Below, piece by piece: positions 51,087 to 62,979 of a stretch of 64,000 nucleotides of DNA. A program made the position numbers and the translations under genes. The notes under the pieces were generated by a model. The model saw only the letters and a program-made list of their open reading frames with translations, had not been told where the DNA came from and made no database searches. Location of the stretch: NCBI GenBank assembly GCA_038087875.1, contig JAXLNO010000179.1, forward strand, positions 62,001 to 126,000, written 5' to 3'. Each line of letters starts with the position of its first letter. Within the stretch, counting starts at the first letter, position 1. This DNA comes from Malacoraja senta (Eukaryota).

Positions 51087-53900
51087 TCAGTATCCCGTAC
51101 CTGCCTTCTCTCCATACCCCCTGATCCCTTTAGCCACAAGGGCCACATCTAACTCCCTCTTAAATATAGCCAATGAACTGGCGTCAACTACCCTCTGTGG
51201 CAGAGAATTCCAGAGATTCACCACTCTCTGTGTGAAAAAGTTTTTCCTCATCTCGGTCTTAAAGGATTTCCCCCTTATCCTTACGCTGTGACCCCTTGTC
51301 CTGGACTTCCCCAACATCGGGAACAATCTTCCTGCATCTAGCCTGTCCAACCCCATAAGAATTTTGTACGTTTCTATAAGATCCCCTCTCAATCTCCTAA
51401 ATTCTAGCGAGTATAAGCCAAGTCTATCCAGTCTTTCTTCATATGAAAGTCCTGACATCCCAGGAATCAGTCTGGTGAACCTTCTCTGCACTCCCTCTAT
51501 GGCTATAATGTCCTTCCTCAGATTTGGAGACCAAAACTGTACGCAATACTCCGGGTGTGGTCTCACCAAGACCCTGTACAACTGCAGTAGAACCTCCCTG
51601 CTCCTATACTCAAATCCTCTTGCTATGAAGGCCAACATACCATTCGCTTTCTTCACTGCCTGCTGCACCTGCATGCCTACTTTCAATGACTGGTGTACCA
51701 TGACACCCAGGTCTCGCTGCACCTCCCCATTTCCTAATCGGCCACCATTTAGATAATAGTCTGCTTCCCTGTTTTTGCCACCAAAGTGGATAACCTCACA
51801 TTTATCCACATTATACTGCATCTGCCAAACATTTGCCCACTCACCCAGCCTATCCAAGTCACCTTGCAGTCTCCTAGCATCCTCCTCACAGCTAACACTG
51901 CCCCCCAGCTTAGTGTCATCCGCAAACTTGGAGATGTTGCTTTCAATTCCCTCGTCCAGATCATTAATATAAATTGTAAATAGCTGGGGTCCCAGCACTG
52001 AGCCTTGCGATACCCCACTAGTCACTGCCTGCCATTGTGAAAAGGACCCGTTTACTCCTACTCTTTGCTTCCTGTTTGCCAGCCAGTTCTCTATCCACAT
52101 CAATACTGAACCCCCAATACCGTGTGATTTAAGTTTGTATCCTAATTTCTTATGTGGTACCTTGTCGAAAGCCTTCTGAAAGTCCAGATACAACACATCC
52201 ACTGGTTCTCCCCTATCCACTCTACTAGTTACATCCTCGAAAAATTCTATAAGATTCGTCAGACACGATTTACCTTTCGTAAATCCATGCTGACTTTGTC
52301 CAATGATTGCACCACTTTCCAAATGTGCTGCTATCCCATCTTTAATAACTGACTCTAGCAGTTTCCCCACTACCGATGTTAGACTAACTGGTCTGTAATT
52401 CCCCGTTTTCTCTCTCCCTCCCTTCTTAAAAAGTGGGGTTACGTTTGCTACCCTCCAATCCTCAGGAACTACCCCAGAATCTAAAGAATTTTGAAAAATT
52501 ATCACTAATGCATCCACTATTTCTGGAGCTACTTCCTTAAGTACTCTGGGATGCAGCCTATCTGGCCCTGGTGATTTATCGGCCTTTAATCCATTCAATT
52601 TACCCAACACCACTTCCCGACTAACCTGGATTTCACTCAGTTCCTCCATCTCCTTTGACCCGCGGCCCCCTGCTATTTCTGGCAGATTATTTATGTCTTC
52701 CATAGTGAAGACGGATCCAAAGTAGTTATTCAATTGGTCCGCCATATCCTTGTTCCCCATGATCAATTCACCTGTTTCTGACTGCAAGGGACCTACATTT
52801 GTTTTAACTAATCTCTTTCTCTTCACATATCTATAAAAACCTTTGCAGTCAGTTTTTATGTTCCCTGCCAGTTTCCTTTCATAATCTATTTTCCCTTTCC
52901 TAATTAAGCCCTTTGTCCTCCTCTGCTGGTCTCTGAATTTCTCCCAGTCCTCTGGTATGCTGCTTTTTCTGGCTAATTTGTACGCAACATATTTTGCTTT
53001 GATACTATCCCTGATTTCCCTTGTTATCCACGGATGCACTACCTTCCCTGATTTATTCTTTTGCCAAACTGGGATGAACATTTTTTGTAGTTCATCCATG
53101 CAGTCTTTAAATGCCTTCCATTGCATATCCACCGTCAACCCTTTTAGAACTAATTGCCAGTCAATCTTGGCCAATTCACGTCTCATATCCTCAAAGTTAC
53201 CTTTCTTTAAGTTCAGAACCGTTGTTTCTGAATTAACAATGTCACTCTCCATCCTAATGAAGAACTCAACCATATTATGGTCACTCTTGCCCAAGGGGGC
53301 ACGCACAACAAGTCTGCTAACTAACCCTTCCTCATTACTCAATACCCAGTCTAGAATAGCCTGCTCTCTCGTTGGTTCCTCTACATGTTGGTTTAGATAA
53401 CTATCCTTCATACATTCCAAGAAATCCTCTTCCTCAGCACCCCTGCCAATTTGATTCACCCAATCTATATGTAGATTGAAGTCACCCATTATAACTGTTT
53501 TGCCTTTGTTGCACGCATTTCTAATTTCCTGTTTGATGCCATCCCCAACTTCACTACTACTGCTAGGTGGCCTGTACACAACACCCACCAGCGTTTTCTG
53601 CCCCTTAGTATTTCGTAGCTCTACCCATACCGATTCCACATCCTCCAAGCTAATGTCCTTCCTTTCCACTGCGTTAATCTCCTCTCTAACCAGCAACGCT
53701 ACCCCACCTCCTTTTCCTTTCTCTCTATCCCTCCTGAATATTGAATATCCCTGGATGTTCAGCTCCCAGCCTTGGTCACCCTGGAGCCATGTCTCCGTGA
53801 TCCCAACTATATCATAATCATTAATTGCTATCTGCACGTTCAACTCATCGACCTTATTACGAATGCTCCTTGCATTGAGACACAAAGCCTTCAGGCTTGT
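51087..53900 (-). CDS. CR1 ORF2 (AP endonuclease + reverse transcriptase), no stops
   Basis: LNARSIRNK, ITETWL, GDFN, SDH, QHGF and KFADD motifs; true start not defined (the frame is open to 54386). Confidence 0.9.
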   Translation of the reverse strand, partial: TSLKALCLNARSIRNKVDELNVQIAINDYDIVGITETWLQGDQGWELNIQGYSIFRRDREKGKGGGVALLVREEINAVERKDISLEDVESVWVELRNTKGQKTLVGVVYRPPSSSSEVGDGIKQEIRNACNKGKTVIMGDFNLHIDWVNQIGRGAEEEDFLECMKDSYLNQHVEEPTREQAILDWVLSNEEGLVSRLVVRAPLGKSDHNMVEFFIRMESDIVNSETTVLNLKKGNFEDMRRELAKIDWQLVLKGLTVDMQWKAFKDCMDELQKMFIPVWQKNKSGKVVHPWITREIRDSIKAKYVAYKLARKSSIPEDWEKFRDQQRRTKGLIRKGKIDYERKLAGNIKTDCKGFYRYVKRKRLVKTNVGPLQSETGELIMGNKDMADQLNNYFGSVFTMEDINNLPEIAGGRGSKEMEELSEIQVSREVVLGKLNGLKADKSPGPDRLHPRVLKEVAPEIVDALVIIFQNSLDSGVVPEDWRVANVTPLFKKGGREKTGNYRPVSLTSVVGKLLESVIKDGIAAHLESGAIIGQSQHGFTKGKSCLTNLIEFFEDVTSRVDRGEPVDVLYLDFQKAFDKVPHKKLGYKLKSHGIGGSVLMWIENWLANRKQRVGVNGSFSQWQAVTSGVSQGSVLGPQLFTIYINDLDEGIESNISKFADDTKLGGSVSCEEDARRLQGDLDRLGEWANVWQMQYNVDKCEVIHFGGKNREADYYLNGGRLGNGEVQRDLGVMVHQSLKVGMQVQQAVKKANGMLAFIARGFEYRSREVLLQLYRVLVRPHPEYCVQFWSPNLRKDIIAIEGVQRRFTRLIPGMSGLSYEERLDRLGLYSLEFRRLRGDLIETYKILMGLDRLDAGRLFPMLGKSRTRGHSVRIRGKSFKTEMRKNFFTQRVVNLWNSLPQRVVDASSLAIFKRELDVALVAKGIRGYGEKAGTGY

Positions 53901-54202
53901 TTTTACAACGCTCTTACCCCTTATACAATTATGTTGGAAAGTGGCTCTTTTTGATTTTTGCCCTGGATTTGTCTGCCTGCCACTTTTACTTTTCACCTTG
54001 CTACCTATTGCTTCCGCCCGCATTTTGCACCCCTCTGTTTCTCTGCTCACCCATTTAAGAACCCCACCACCTCTTATTCTCTGTTTATTATTGTTTTCTT
54101 CTTTCCCCCCTACATGTTGGGTCTGAGTGCTTTCCTTCTCTGCCTCCTGCCTCACACACTGTCTAATAGCATTCTCTATTTGAGTCCCTCCCCCCAACCA
54201 TT

Positions 54203-54660
54203 CTAGTTTAAAGTCTCCCCAGTAGCCTTTGCAGATCTCCCCGCCAGGATATCGGTCCCCCTCAGGTTCAAGTGCAACCCATCCTTTTTGTACAGGTCGT
54301 ACCTTCCACAAAAGAGGTCCCAATGATCCAGAAATTTGAATCCCTGCCTTCTGCACCAGTCCTTCAGCCACGCATTTATCCTCCACCTCGCTCCATTCCT
54401 ACTCTCACTGTCGCGTGGCACAGGCAGTAATCCCGAGATTGTTACCTTCGCTGTCCTTCTCTTTAACTCCCCTCCTAACTCCCTAAATTCTCCTTTCAGG
54501 ACCTCTTCTCTTTTTTTACCTATGTCATTGGTACCTATATGTATCACAACTTCGGGCTCCTCTCCCTGCCCTTTCAGGATGTCTTGGACATGTTGAGACA
54601 CATCACAGACCCTGGCACCAGGGAGGCAAACTACCATCCGGGTCTCCCGACTGCGTCCAC
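54203..54660 (-). CDS. CR1 ORF1 C-terminal SGNH esterase fragment
   Basis: CLPGARV, HIGTNDI and DGLHLN motifs. Confidence 0.85.
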
Positions 54661-55766
54661 AGATATGGACCAAACGCAGGCAGGTGGGATTAATGTAGCT
54701 GGGACATGTTGGCTGATGTGAGCAAGTTGGGCAGAAGGGCCTGTTTCCACACTGTATCACTCTATAATCTTTAGAAAATTAAATAGTTCATGTCCAGCAT
54801 TCAGCTGAATCTGGACGACATTCAGCGTAGACTAAACAGTGGCAAGTAACATTCATACATAGAAGAATCAAAGATCAGCTCCAAAAATGGAGAATCGAAC
54901 CGCATACAGATGATGTTCAATCGCATTAGCATTACCAAGTCACACCAACATTCTGGGGTCATCACTGGCCAGAACTCAACTAGATCAAACACAATTACTG
55001 TGGCTACAAGAGCTGGTCAGGGATTGTAGTAACCCATCTACTCATGTCCCGAAGTTTTCAACCAGATGCAAGGTAGGAGCTTTATAGGATTCTATCCATT
55101 TGCATCAATTAATGCATCTCCAACAGCATTCCCATAGTTGAGATCATTATTCAAAGCAGCCCACCTGTTTTGCATTCCACTGAAACAAGATAGATATTCT
55201 TTCCCCACACCTCCATTGTGCTAGGACTAGCTTTTAGGAAAATGGGGTCGAGAAGGAAAGATAGATGAGCCATGATTAAATGGCGGAGTAGACTCAATGG
55301 GGCGAATGGTTAAATAAACTCGATTGACTTATGAACTTGTAAATGCATTTTAAATCGATTACTCAGGAAGGATACAAGTCACATTTACCACTCTGACGGT
55401 GACACAAAAACATCTAGGCTTTGCAAGTAAGGCAATTTGTAATGGGATTATTCGTTTAATTAAAGCAAAAGTGTTTTGCATACTTCTGGCAGGAGTATTT
55501 TGTGGTATTATCAGATGCTTGTAATCATGGGAAATATTAATGCAGTTTGTCACCCATGTTTGCATGCAATTCTACAGTAGTTTTTAATGTCCAATGTTCC
55601 AATGACAGTCTAGAGTTGTCTACGACTTGTGTCTGAGTCCTGTCATTGGTTGGAATGACCAGTACCTAAAACCAAGCATTCCACATCACCTCATCAGTGG
55701 AATCAATGCTACACTGCACGGTGTGCTACCTTAGCAATGGAGCAGGAACAGTAACCCAGCTCTCAC

Positions 55767-57050
55767 CTCTAGAATTCCATGTAAACTAAATGGTACAATT
55801 ATATGGGGGATGTTGGGACAGAGACCGCTGCAGATGTACAAAGGCAATTTTTAACAATTGCAGAACAAGTTGGTTGAGTAGTCAGTTTAAAAAAGGAACA
55901 CCGAACCTTTGGAACAGAGAAGCAAAGTATAAAAGCAAGGTATGCTACGTTTTTACAAATCTCTTCTGCACAAGTCTGCATTAAACAGCAAGAATGGTAT
56001 CAAGATGAAAGGTTTCACTTACATGAAAAATCCAAAGAAAGTGGGATTGTCGTGCTTAGAGAAGGTTAAAAGGAGTGTTCATTGATCAGTCAGGTACATA
56101 CGGTTCTTGTCAAAGGCATAAAGGTATCCAACCAAGGGATACTGATTTACTGAAAAAGAATCAAGGCGATACTTTTGATCTATTACGTGAAATAGCCAGG
56201 CATGTGTAAAGTATGCCTGGGAATTGCGAGACAATCCATTAATGACTTTGCTTGCCAGATTATAATTCATTCTTCATTACAGAAACTAAACAAGCATATG
56301 GCAAATTTGTTGTGCCTCAGCATTCCGTCCCTCCCTCCTGAATATAAAATTATATTCTGTGCCATAAATACTTTTCTATACCTCAATTAGATGATCTGCA
56401 CAACATCCCTCTTCAAAGCCAAAAGCATAATCAATTCAGTTCCTCTAATATTTTTCTTGACATTCAATTAGACAATGACAGAGCAGTACACAGGCCGTCC
56501 TAGAGTAACACATGTCCCACTTACGAGAAACCCATACATGCAGAAAAGCTCCAATACTAAATTCAAAAGTCCAATGTACATACATACGTTCATTTCTAGG
56601 ACCATTCGAACTAGTTTTGTCTCTTTTAACAATTGTTCCTTCTTGTCAGCATTATGTGTTTTATAATGCCATTCATTACAAAATGGTAAACATAGAGTGA
56701 TTTTTGTCTATTTTCTGACATGTACAGAAAATCAACATCTGTACAAATGGAATCCATTTGTTAGTCAGGGAAGGCCTGTGCTCAGATTAATTTATGCACA
56801 TTTGCTCTGAATCCCTAATTAACCCTCCCACCAAAATTCTTATCTAACATGGCAGTGAAAGTACCAACTGACCCACAGCATCCAAAAAGCCTTTTGGGGA
56901 GAGTGCTCCAGGTTTCCACTGTGTTGTGTGAATCAGACGTCTTGCCAGTTTCAAGGAATCGTAGAGTTGGTGACATAGAAGATGGTGTCCGTGCCGGCTG
57001 GAAAATTCCAGAACTTGATCCGTAGCCTTTCAGGCAGGCGCACTGTTCAT
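55767..57050 (-). pseudogene. Decayed exons 56865-57050, 56102-56285 and 55767-55975 of an unidentified gene
   Basis: GT-AG boundaries; protein-like reading with stops; phases fit when the right-arm version of the second exon (1 nt longer) is used. Confidence 0.45.
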
Positions 57051-59252
57051 CTTCCAAAATTCCGTAGGTTGCAGAATGGTTCACATAAATTGGAAGAGAG
57101 CAAATGACGCCTCACTATTTCTGGAGACAGGGAGATAGAAAATGAGGAACTGCAGATCAGTTAGGCTGGCATCAGTATTAGGGAAATGCTAGACTGTGGA
57201 CTTAAATTAAAGATATGGTAGCAGGGTACATAAAAACTAAATCATTTAGCAGATGCAGCGCACATTTACAACTAGCACACCAAAGAAAGCAGGGCTCGAA
57301 ATTAACGGTTGCCCAGTTGCCAATGGCCACCTAAAGTCCCGCCGGGCAACCTAAAAGCCGTGTCATTTTGCCCGGCTTGATACTGCAGATACTGGTTTAT
57401 ACCGAAGATAGACACAAAAAATGGTGTAACTCAGCGGGTCAGGCAGCATCTCTGGAGAAGAGAATAAAGTGACGTTTCGGGTCGAGACCCTTCTTCAGAA
57501 GGAGAAAGAAATACATTCAATTTCCGTTAGCCCTCCAGCTATTCATATTCCGGAGAACCAAAACTTGCACTCTGATAGCAGTAAATCTGATGCAGTATTT
57601 TTTCCAGTGTTATTATTGCGCTCATTGGTTCAAATATGGAATCTGTGGCCGAATAATGGTGCTCGCAAGCGTTGCCTGCAGCCGGTCGACATCGCAGAAC
57701 TGCAGCCAACACTGTGGGATCCCGTCCCACGCACTGCACTGACGCAAGCCACTGTGATTTTTTAATATGCAAGCGAGCTACGGTGACGACCTGGCTGTTT
57801 TTTGTTTGTTTCAAATGCAGAAGCGAACGGAGATAGTTAGAAATAAAATAAATAAATGGTTAGGTATAGGAAGGAACTGCAGATGCTGGTTTAAACAGAA
57901 GATAGGCACAAAAAGCTGGAGTAACTCAGCAGGTCAGGCAGCATCTCTGGAAAAAGGAACTACAGATGCTGGTTTATACCAAAGATAGACACAATAAGCT
58001 GGAGAACTCAGCCAGTCAGGCAACATTTCTGGAGAAAAGCAATAAGTGACGTTTCGGATCGAGACCCTTTTTCAGACTGAGAGTCAGGGGAAAGGGAAAT
58101 TATCTATAGATGGTGATAGAGAAATATAGAACAAATGAATGAAAGTTATACAACAAAGTAACGATGATCAAGGAAAGGTGAGAGAAGGAATGTGTGACAT
58201 TTCTGGTCGAGATCCTTCTTCTCCAGAGATGCTATCTGTGCCACTGAGTTACTCCAGCATTTTGTGTCTATCTTCAGTGTAAACAAGCATCTGCAGTTCC
58301 TTCCTACATACATGGTCCATTGTTGGCAGCGAAGATACACAAAATGCTGGAGTAACTCAGCGGGACAGGCAGCATCTCTGAAGAGAAGGAATTGGTCCTC
58401 CATCCTATTCTCCGACTAGTTTTACTGTCGTCCTGATTCATTTTAATGTTTGCATACCTCGTTGTCACCTTCCCCTCAGCCAACAATGAACACAAAACGC
58501 TGGAGTTACTCAGCGGGACAGGCAGCAGCTTTGGAGGGTCTGAAGAAAGGTCTCGAAATGAAACGTCATTCATTCCTCTCCTATCTATCTAGGTGGTGTG
58601 CAGGAAGGAACTGCGGATGCTGGTTTAAACCGAAGATAGACACCAAATGCTGGAAAACTCAGCAGGATAGGCAGTATCTCCGGAGGGAAGGAATGGGTGA
58701 CGTTTCGGGTCGAGATTCTTCTTCAGACTGAGAGTCAGGGGAAAGGGAGACAGAGATATGGAATGTTAAGATGTGAGAACACAGATCAAAGGGGACTATG
58801 GTCAAGGAAGGTTCATTGTTAGCGGAGGGGAAGCTGACAACGAGGCAAACAATCAGTAAAATGTTTTAATCAGTGAAACTAATCGGAGAACTAGGAGGGG
58901 TGGAGCGAGGGGGGAAGCAATGCTTACTTGAAGTTAAATAAATCAATATTCATACCGCTGAATAGATACAAAATGCTGGAGTAACTCAGCGGGTTCAGCA
59001 GCATCTCTGGAGAAAAGGAATAGGGGTCATTTCGGGTCAAGATCCTTCTTCATTCATACCACTGGGCTGTAAGCTGCCCAAGCGAAATATGATCTGCTGT
59101 TCCTCCAATTTACCTTGGGCTTCACTCTGGCAGTGGAGAGTGGACGGAGAGAGACGATGCAAGGGTTACTTGAAGGTAGATAAATCAATGTTCATACTTT
59201 AGTTTAGTGTTTAGTTTAGAGATACAGCGCGGAAACAGGCCCTTCAGCCCAC
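56039..59252 (+). repeat. Left arm of large inverted duplication (probably extends further left)
   Basis: Reverse complement of 59704-64000 apart from substitutions, small indels and one 1-kb insertion. Confidence 0.97.
57400..59060. repeat. Dense cluster of Penelope-derived repeats with hammerhead-like cores (mirrored at 59900-62640)
   Basis: Many gtgacgtttcgggtcgagacccttcttcag variants. Confidence 0.75.
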
Positions 59253-59366
59253 CGGCTGCGGAACTTGGCGGTGGACAGGGACGGCCAAGGCAGCGGGGCG
59301 ATGATGCCGGTGTTGTCCGAGGAGCGCTGACCTTCCTTCCTTCCTTCCTTCCTCCCCACCTCCTCT

Positions 59367-59489
59367 TCCCCTTCCCCTTCCCCTTCCCCTTCCCCTTCCC
59401 CTTCCCCTTCCCCTTCCCTTCCCCTTCCCCTTCCCCTTCCCCTTCCCCTTCCCCTTCCCCTTCCCCTTCCCCTTCCCCTTCCCCTTCCC
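59367..59489. repeat. (CCCCTT)n microsatellite
   Basis: Direct reading. Confidence 0.97.
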
Positions 59490-59544
59490 TCTCTCTCTTC
59501 TCCACCCCCCTTATCCTGGGATCCCTCCTCTCCATCTCGCACTG

Positions 59545-59690
59545 ATTCCCATTCGCGCCTGAGGGTCACGTGACGTCCCGCCTCCGTCATTAATGCGGCC
59601 GCCACGTGACGCGACGCGCCGCCATCTTGTCGATGCGGCCATGACGACGGTCGAGGACGGAGCGCGGGCGGGAAGGTGGAGGTGAAGGGG
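59545..59690. promoter_or_regulatory. CpG-rich promoter-like element
   Basis: GTCACGTGAC E-box/CLEAR at 59565-59574 overlapping TGACGTC; CACGTGAC at 59603-59610; YY1-type CCGCCATCTT at 59619-59628; dense CpG. Confidence 0.7.
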
Positions 59691-60071
59691 AAGGTGGATT
59701 TAGTGGGCCGAAGGGCCTGTTTCCGCGCTGTATCTCTAAACTAAACACTAAACTAAAGTATGAACATTGATTTATCTACCTTCAAGTAACCCTTGCATCG
59801 TCTCTCTCTCCGTCCACTCTCCACTGCCAGAGTGAAGCCCAAGGTAAATTGGAGGAACAGCAGATCATATTTCGCTTGGGCAGCTCACAGTCCAGTGGTA
59901 TGAATGAAGATGGATCTTGACCCGAAATGACCCCTATTCCTTTTCTCCAGAGATGCTGCTGAACCCGCTGAGTTACTCCAGCTTTTTGTATCTATTCAGC
60001 GGTATGAATATTGATTTATTTAACTTCAAGTAAGCATTGCTTCCCCCCTCGCTCCGCCCCACCCCTCCTAG

Positions 60072-61113
60072 TAGCAATGTTACAAAATTTTGAGATTTAA
60101 AAAATAAAGTCTGCAATTTATCCCATCAGATAAAGCATAAAAAGAAGTTTAATTTGACACTTAATTCACTTTCATATCTTCAGTATTAAAAAAGTTATGG
60201 CCATTATCATACTCAGAAATTAGCATCTAGTTCCCTATTGCTTTTCCATTGACTTAACACAAAAGCTGTGATCGAGGACAGTTAAAAGCCCATAACTTTC
60301 TTAATAATTATGGTAACTGAAAGAAATTTTCAGGTATTATAGATTGAAGCATTCTGAAACAAATATGAAACAATCTTACTTCGAAGACATGAAAGTAAAG
60401 CATATAATTAGTTAGTTACCTAATTGTAGCTAATTACAAAATTCAATTACTAGATCTAAACATCTATCAATTTCTTAAAAATAGATTAACATTTTTAAAT
60501 AGCCTAAGTGTCCAAATAACATTCACACAATAATTCACAATATAACATAATTTTTAAATCTAATTTTCATGAATTTACAGGCCAAATGGAAGGAATTGAA
60601 TGTTTAATACCTGTAAATTAATGAGCATTTAATTCATCTTGCGAGTGAGGATTACTGGAACGCGATCTTTTGGAACGTTGATTTGCGGTGAATTTAACCC
60701 CGTATTGGCATGAAAAATACTGCCGTTAATTCGGGGAATAAAATCACCGTGTCGCATGAAAAAATGTGAATTAAAGGCTTCTTAAGAAGCACTTTTATAC
60801 ATTTAAAGAAAGCACTTTCGTTTACGTGTCCATTGTGTGAAATCCGTCCCCGTTATCGGCGTTGACGCTTCAGGAGCTGCTTTTAAAATGACTGTAGCGC
60901 TGACATTGACGATTTAATAAAAATAAAAAATTCACAAAACGCCGGTAGGAACGATTTTGTCAGCTAAGGTTTGTACTCCCAACAAAATATTTCCAGGACA
61001 AGGGAGGAGAAACCGCGTTTTAACCCCGCCCCCCCCTTAAAGGCGCCAAAATCACGCACACGGCCAGTGGCAGAATTACAGCGCGACTGAAGGTAAGTTT
61101 TGTAACATACCTA
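60072..61113. mobile_element. Non-autonomous DNA transposon with TAG...CTA ends and 7-bp TSD
   Basis: TIRs TAGCAATGTTACAAAA and TAGGTATGTTACAAAA; CTCCTAG at 60065-60071 and 61114-61120; empty site in the left arm near 58890. Confidence 0.85.
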
Positions 61114-62521
61114 CTCCTAGTTCTCCGATTAGTTTCACTGATTAAACCATTTTACTGATTGTTTGCCTCGTTGTCAGCTTCCCCTCCGCTAACAATGAAC
61201 CTTCCTTGACCATAGTCCCCTTTGATCTGTGTTCTCACATCTTAACATTCCATATCTCTGTCTCCCTTTCCCCTGACTCTCAGTCTGAAGAAGAATCGCG
61301 ACCCGAAACGTCACACATTCCTTCCCTCCGGAGATACTGCCTGTCCTGCTGAGTTTTCCAGCATTTGGTGTCTATCTTCGGTTTAAACCAGCATCCGCAG
61401 TTCCTTCTTGCACACCACCCCCACCCTAGATAGATAGGAGAGGAATGAACGACGTTTCAGTTCGAGACCTTTCTTCAGACCCTTCAAAGATGCTGCCTGT
61501 CCCGCTGAGTAACTCCAGCGTTTTGTGTTCATTGTTGGCTGAGGGGAAGGTGACAACGAGGTATGCAAACATTAAAATTAATGAGGAGGACAGTAAAACT
61601 AGTCGGAGAATAGGATGGAGGACCAATTCCTTCTCTTCAGAGATGCTGCCTGTCCCGCTGAGTTACTCCAGCATTTTGTTTATCTTCGCTGCCAACAATG
61701 GACCATGTATGTAGGAAGGAACTGCAGATGCTGGTTTACACTGAAGATAGACACAAAATGCTGGAGTAACTCAGTGGGACAGATAGCATCTCTGGAGAAG
61801 AAGGATCTCGACCAGAAATGTCACACATTCCTTCTCTCACCTTTCCTTGGTCATCGTTACTTTGTTGTATAACTTTCATTCATTTGTTCTATATTTCTCT
61901 ATCACCATCTATAGATATAATTTCCCTTTCCCCTGACTCTCAGTCTGAAAAAGGGTCTCGATCTGAAACGTCACCTATTGCTTTTCTCCAGAAATGCTGC
62001 CTGACTGGCTGAGTTCTCCAGCTTATTGTGTCTATCTTTGGTATAAACCAGCATCTGTAGTTCCTTTTTCCAGAGATGCTGCCTGACCTGCTGAGTTACT
62101 CCAGCTTTTTGTGCCTATCTTCTGTTTAAACCAGCATCTGCAGTTCCTTCCTACACCTAACCATTTATATATTTTATTTCTAACTATCTCCGTTCGCTTC
62201 TGCATTTGAAACAAACAAAAAACAGCCAGGTCGTCACCGTAGCTCGCTTGCATATTAAAAAATCACAGTGGCTTGCGTCAGTGCAGTGTGTGGGACGGGA
62301 TCCCACAGTGTTGGCTGCAGTTCTGCGATGTCGACCGGCTGCAGGGAACGCTTGCGAGCACCATTATTCGGCCACAGATTCCCTATTTGAACCAATGGGC
62401 GCAATAATAACACTGGAAAAAATACTGCATCAAATTTAGTGCTATCAGAGTGCAAGTTTTGGTTCTCCGGAATATGAATAGCTGGAGGGCTAATGGAAAT
62501 TGAATGTATTTCTTTCTCCTT

Positions 62522-62551
62522 CTGAAGAAGGGTCTCGACCCGAAACGTCAC
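62522..62551 (+). ncRNA. Minimal hammerhead ribozyme motif (Penelope-type); mirror at 57469-57498 (-)
   Basis: CUGAAGA-A-GGGU(CUCG)ACCC-GAAAC-GUC, with palindromic ACGU helix III. Confidence 0.6.
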
Positions 62552-62979
62552 TTATTCCTCTTCTCCAGAGATGCTGCCTGACCCGCTGAGTTACACCGTG
62601 TTTGTGTGTCTATCTTCGGTATAAACCAGTATCTGCAGAATCAAACCGGGCAAAATGACACGGATTTTAGGTTGCCCGACGGGACTTTAGGTGGCCATTG
62701 GTAACTGGGCAACCGTTCATTTCGAGCCCTGCTGTATGTTTTATCTTTGGTGTGCTAGTTGTAAATGTGCGCTGCATCTGCTAAATGATTTAGTTTTTAT
62801 GTACCCTGCTACCATATCTTTAATTTAAGTCCACAGTCTAGCATTTCCATAATGCTGATGCCAGCCTAACTGATCTGCAATTCCTCATTTTCTATCTCCC
62901 TGTCTCCAGAAATAGTGAGGTGTCATTTGCTCTCTTCCAATTTGTGTGAACCAGTCTGCAACCTACGGAATTTTGGAAG

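Larger units (their letters stand above)
50983..54660 (-). mobile_element. Young CR1 LINE, 5'-truncated within ORF1
   Basis: Uninterrupted ORF2, ORF1 esterase tail and (atctatgt)n-like tail; inserted into an older CR1-type 3' fragment. Confidence 0.95.

Noticed and set aside
57469..57988. ORFs apparently conserved between 57.5-58 kb and 62-62.5 kb
   Set aside because: The similarity comes from the inverted duplication and repeat content
59185..59605. GE/GK/PS-repeat ORFs or telomeric repeat
   Set aside because: A (CCCCTT)n microsatellite, not TTAGGG
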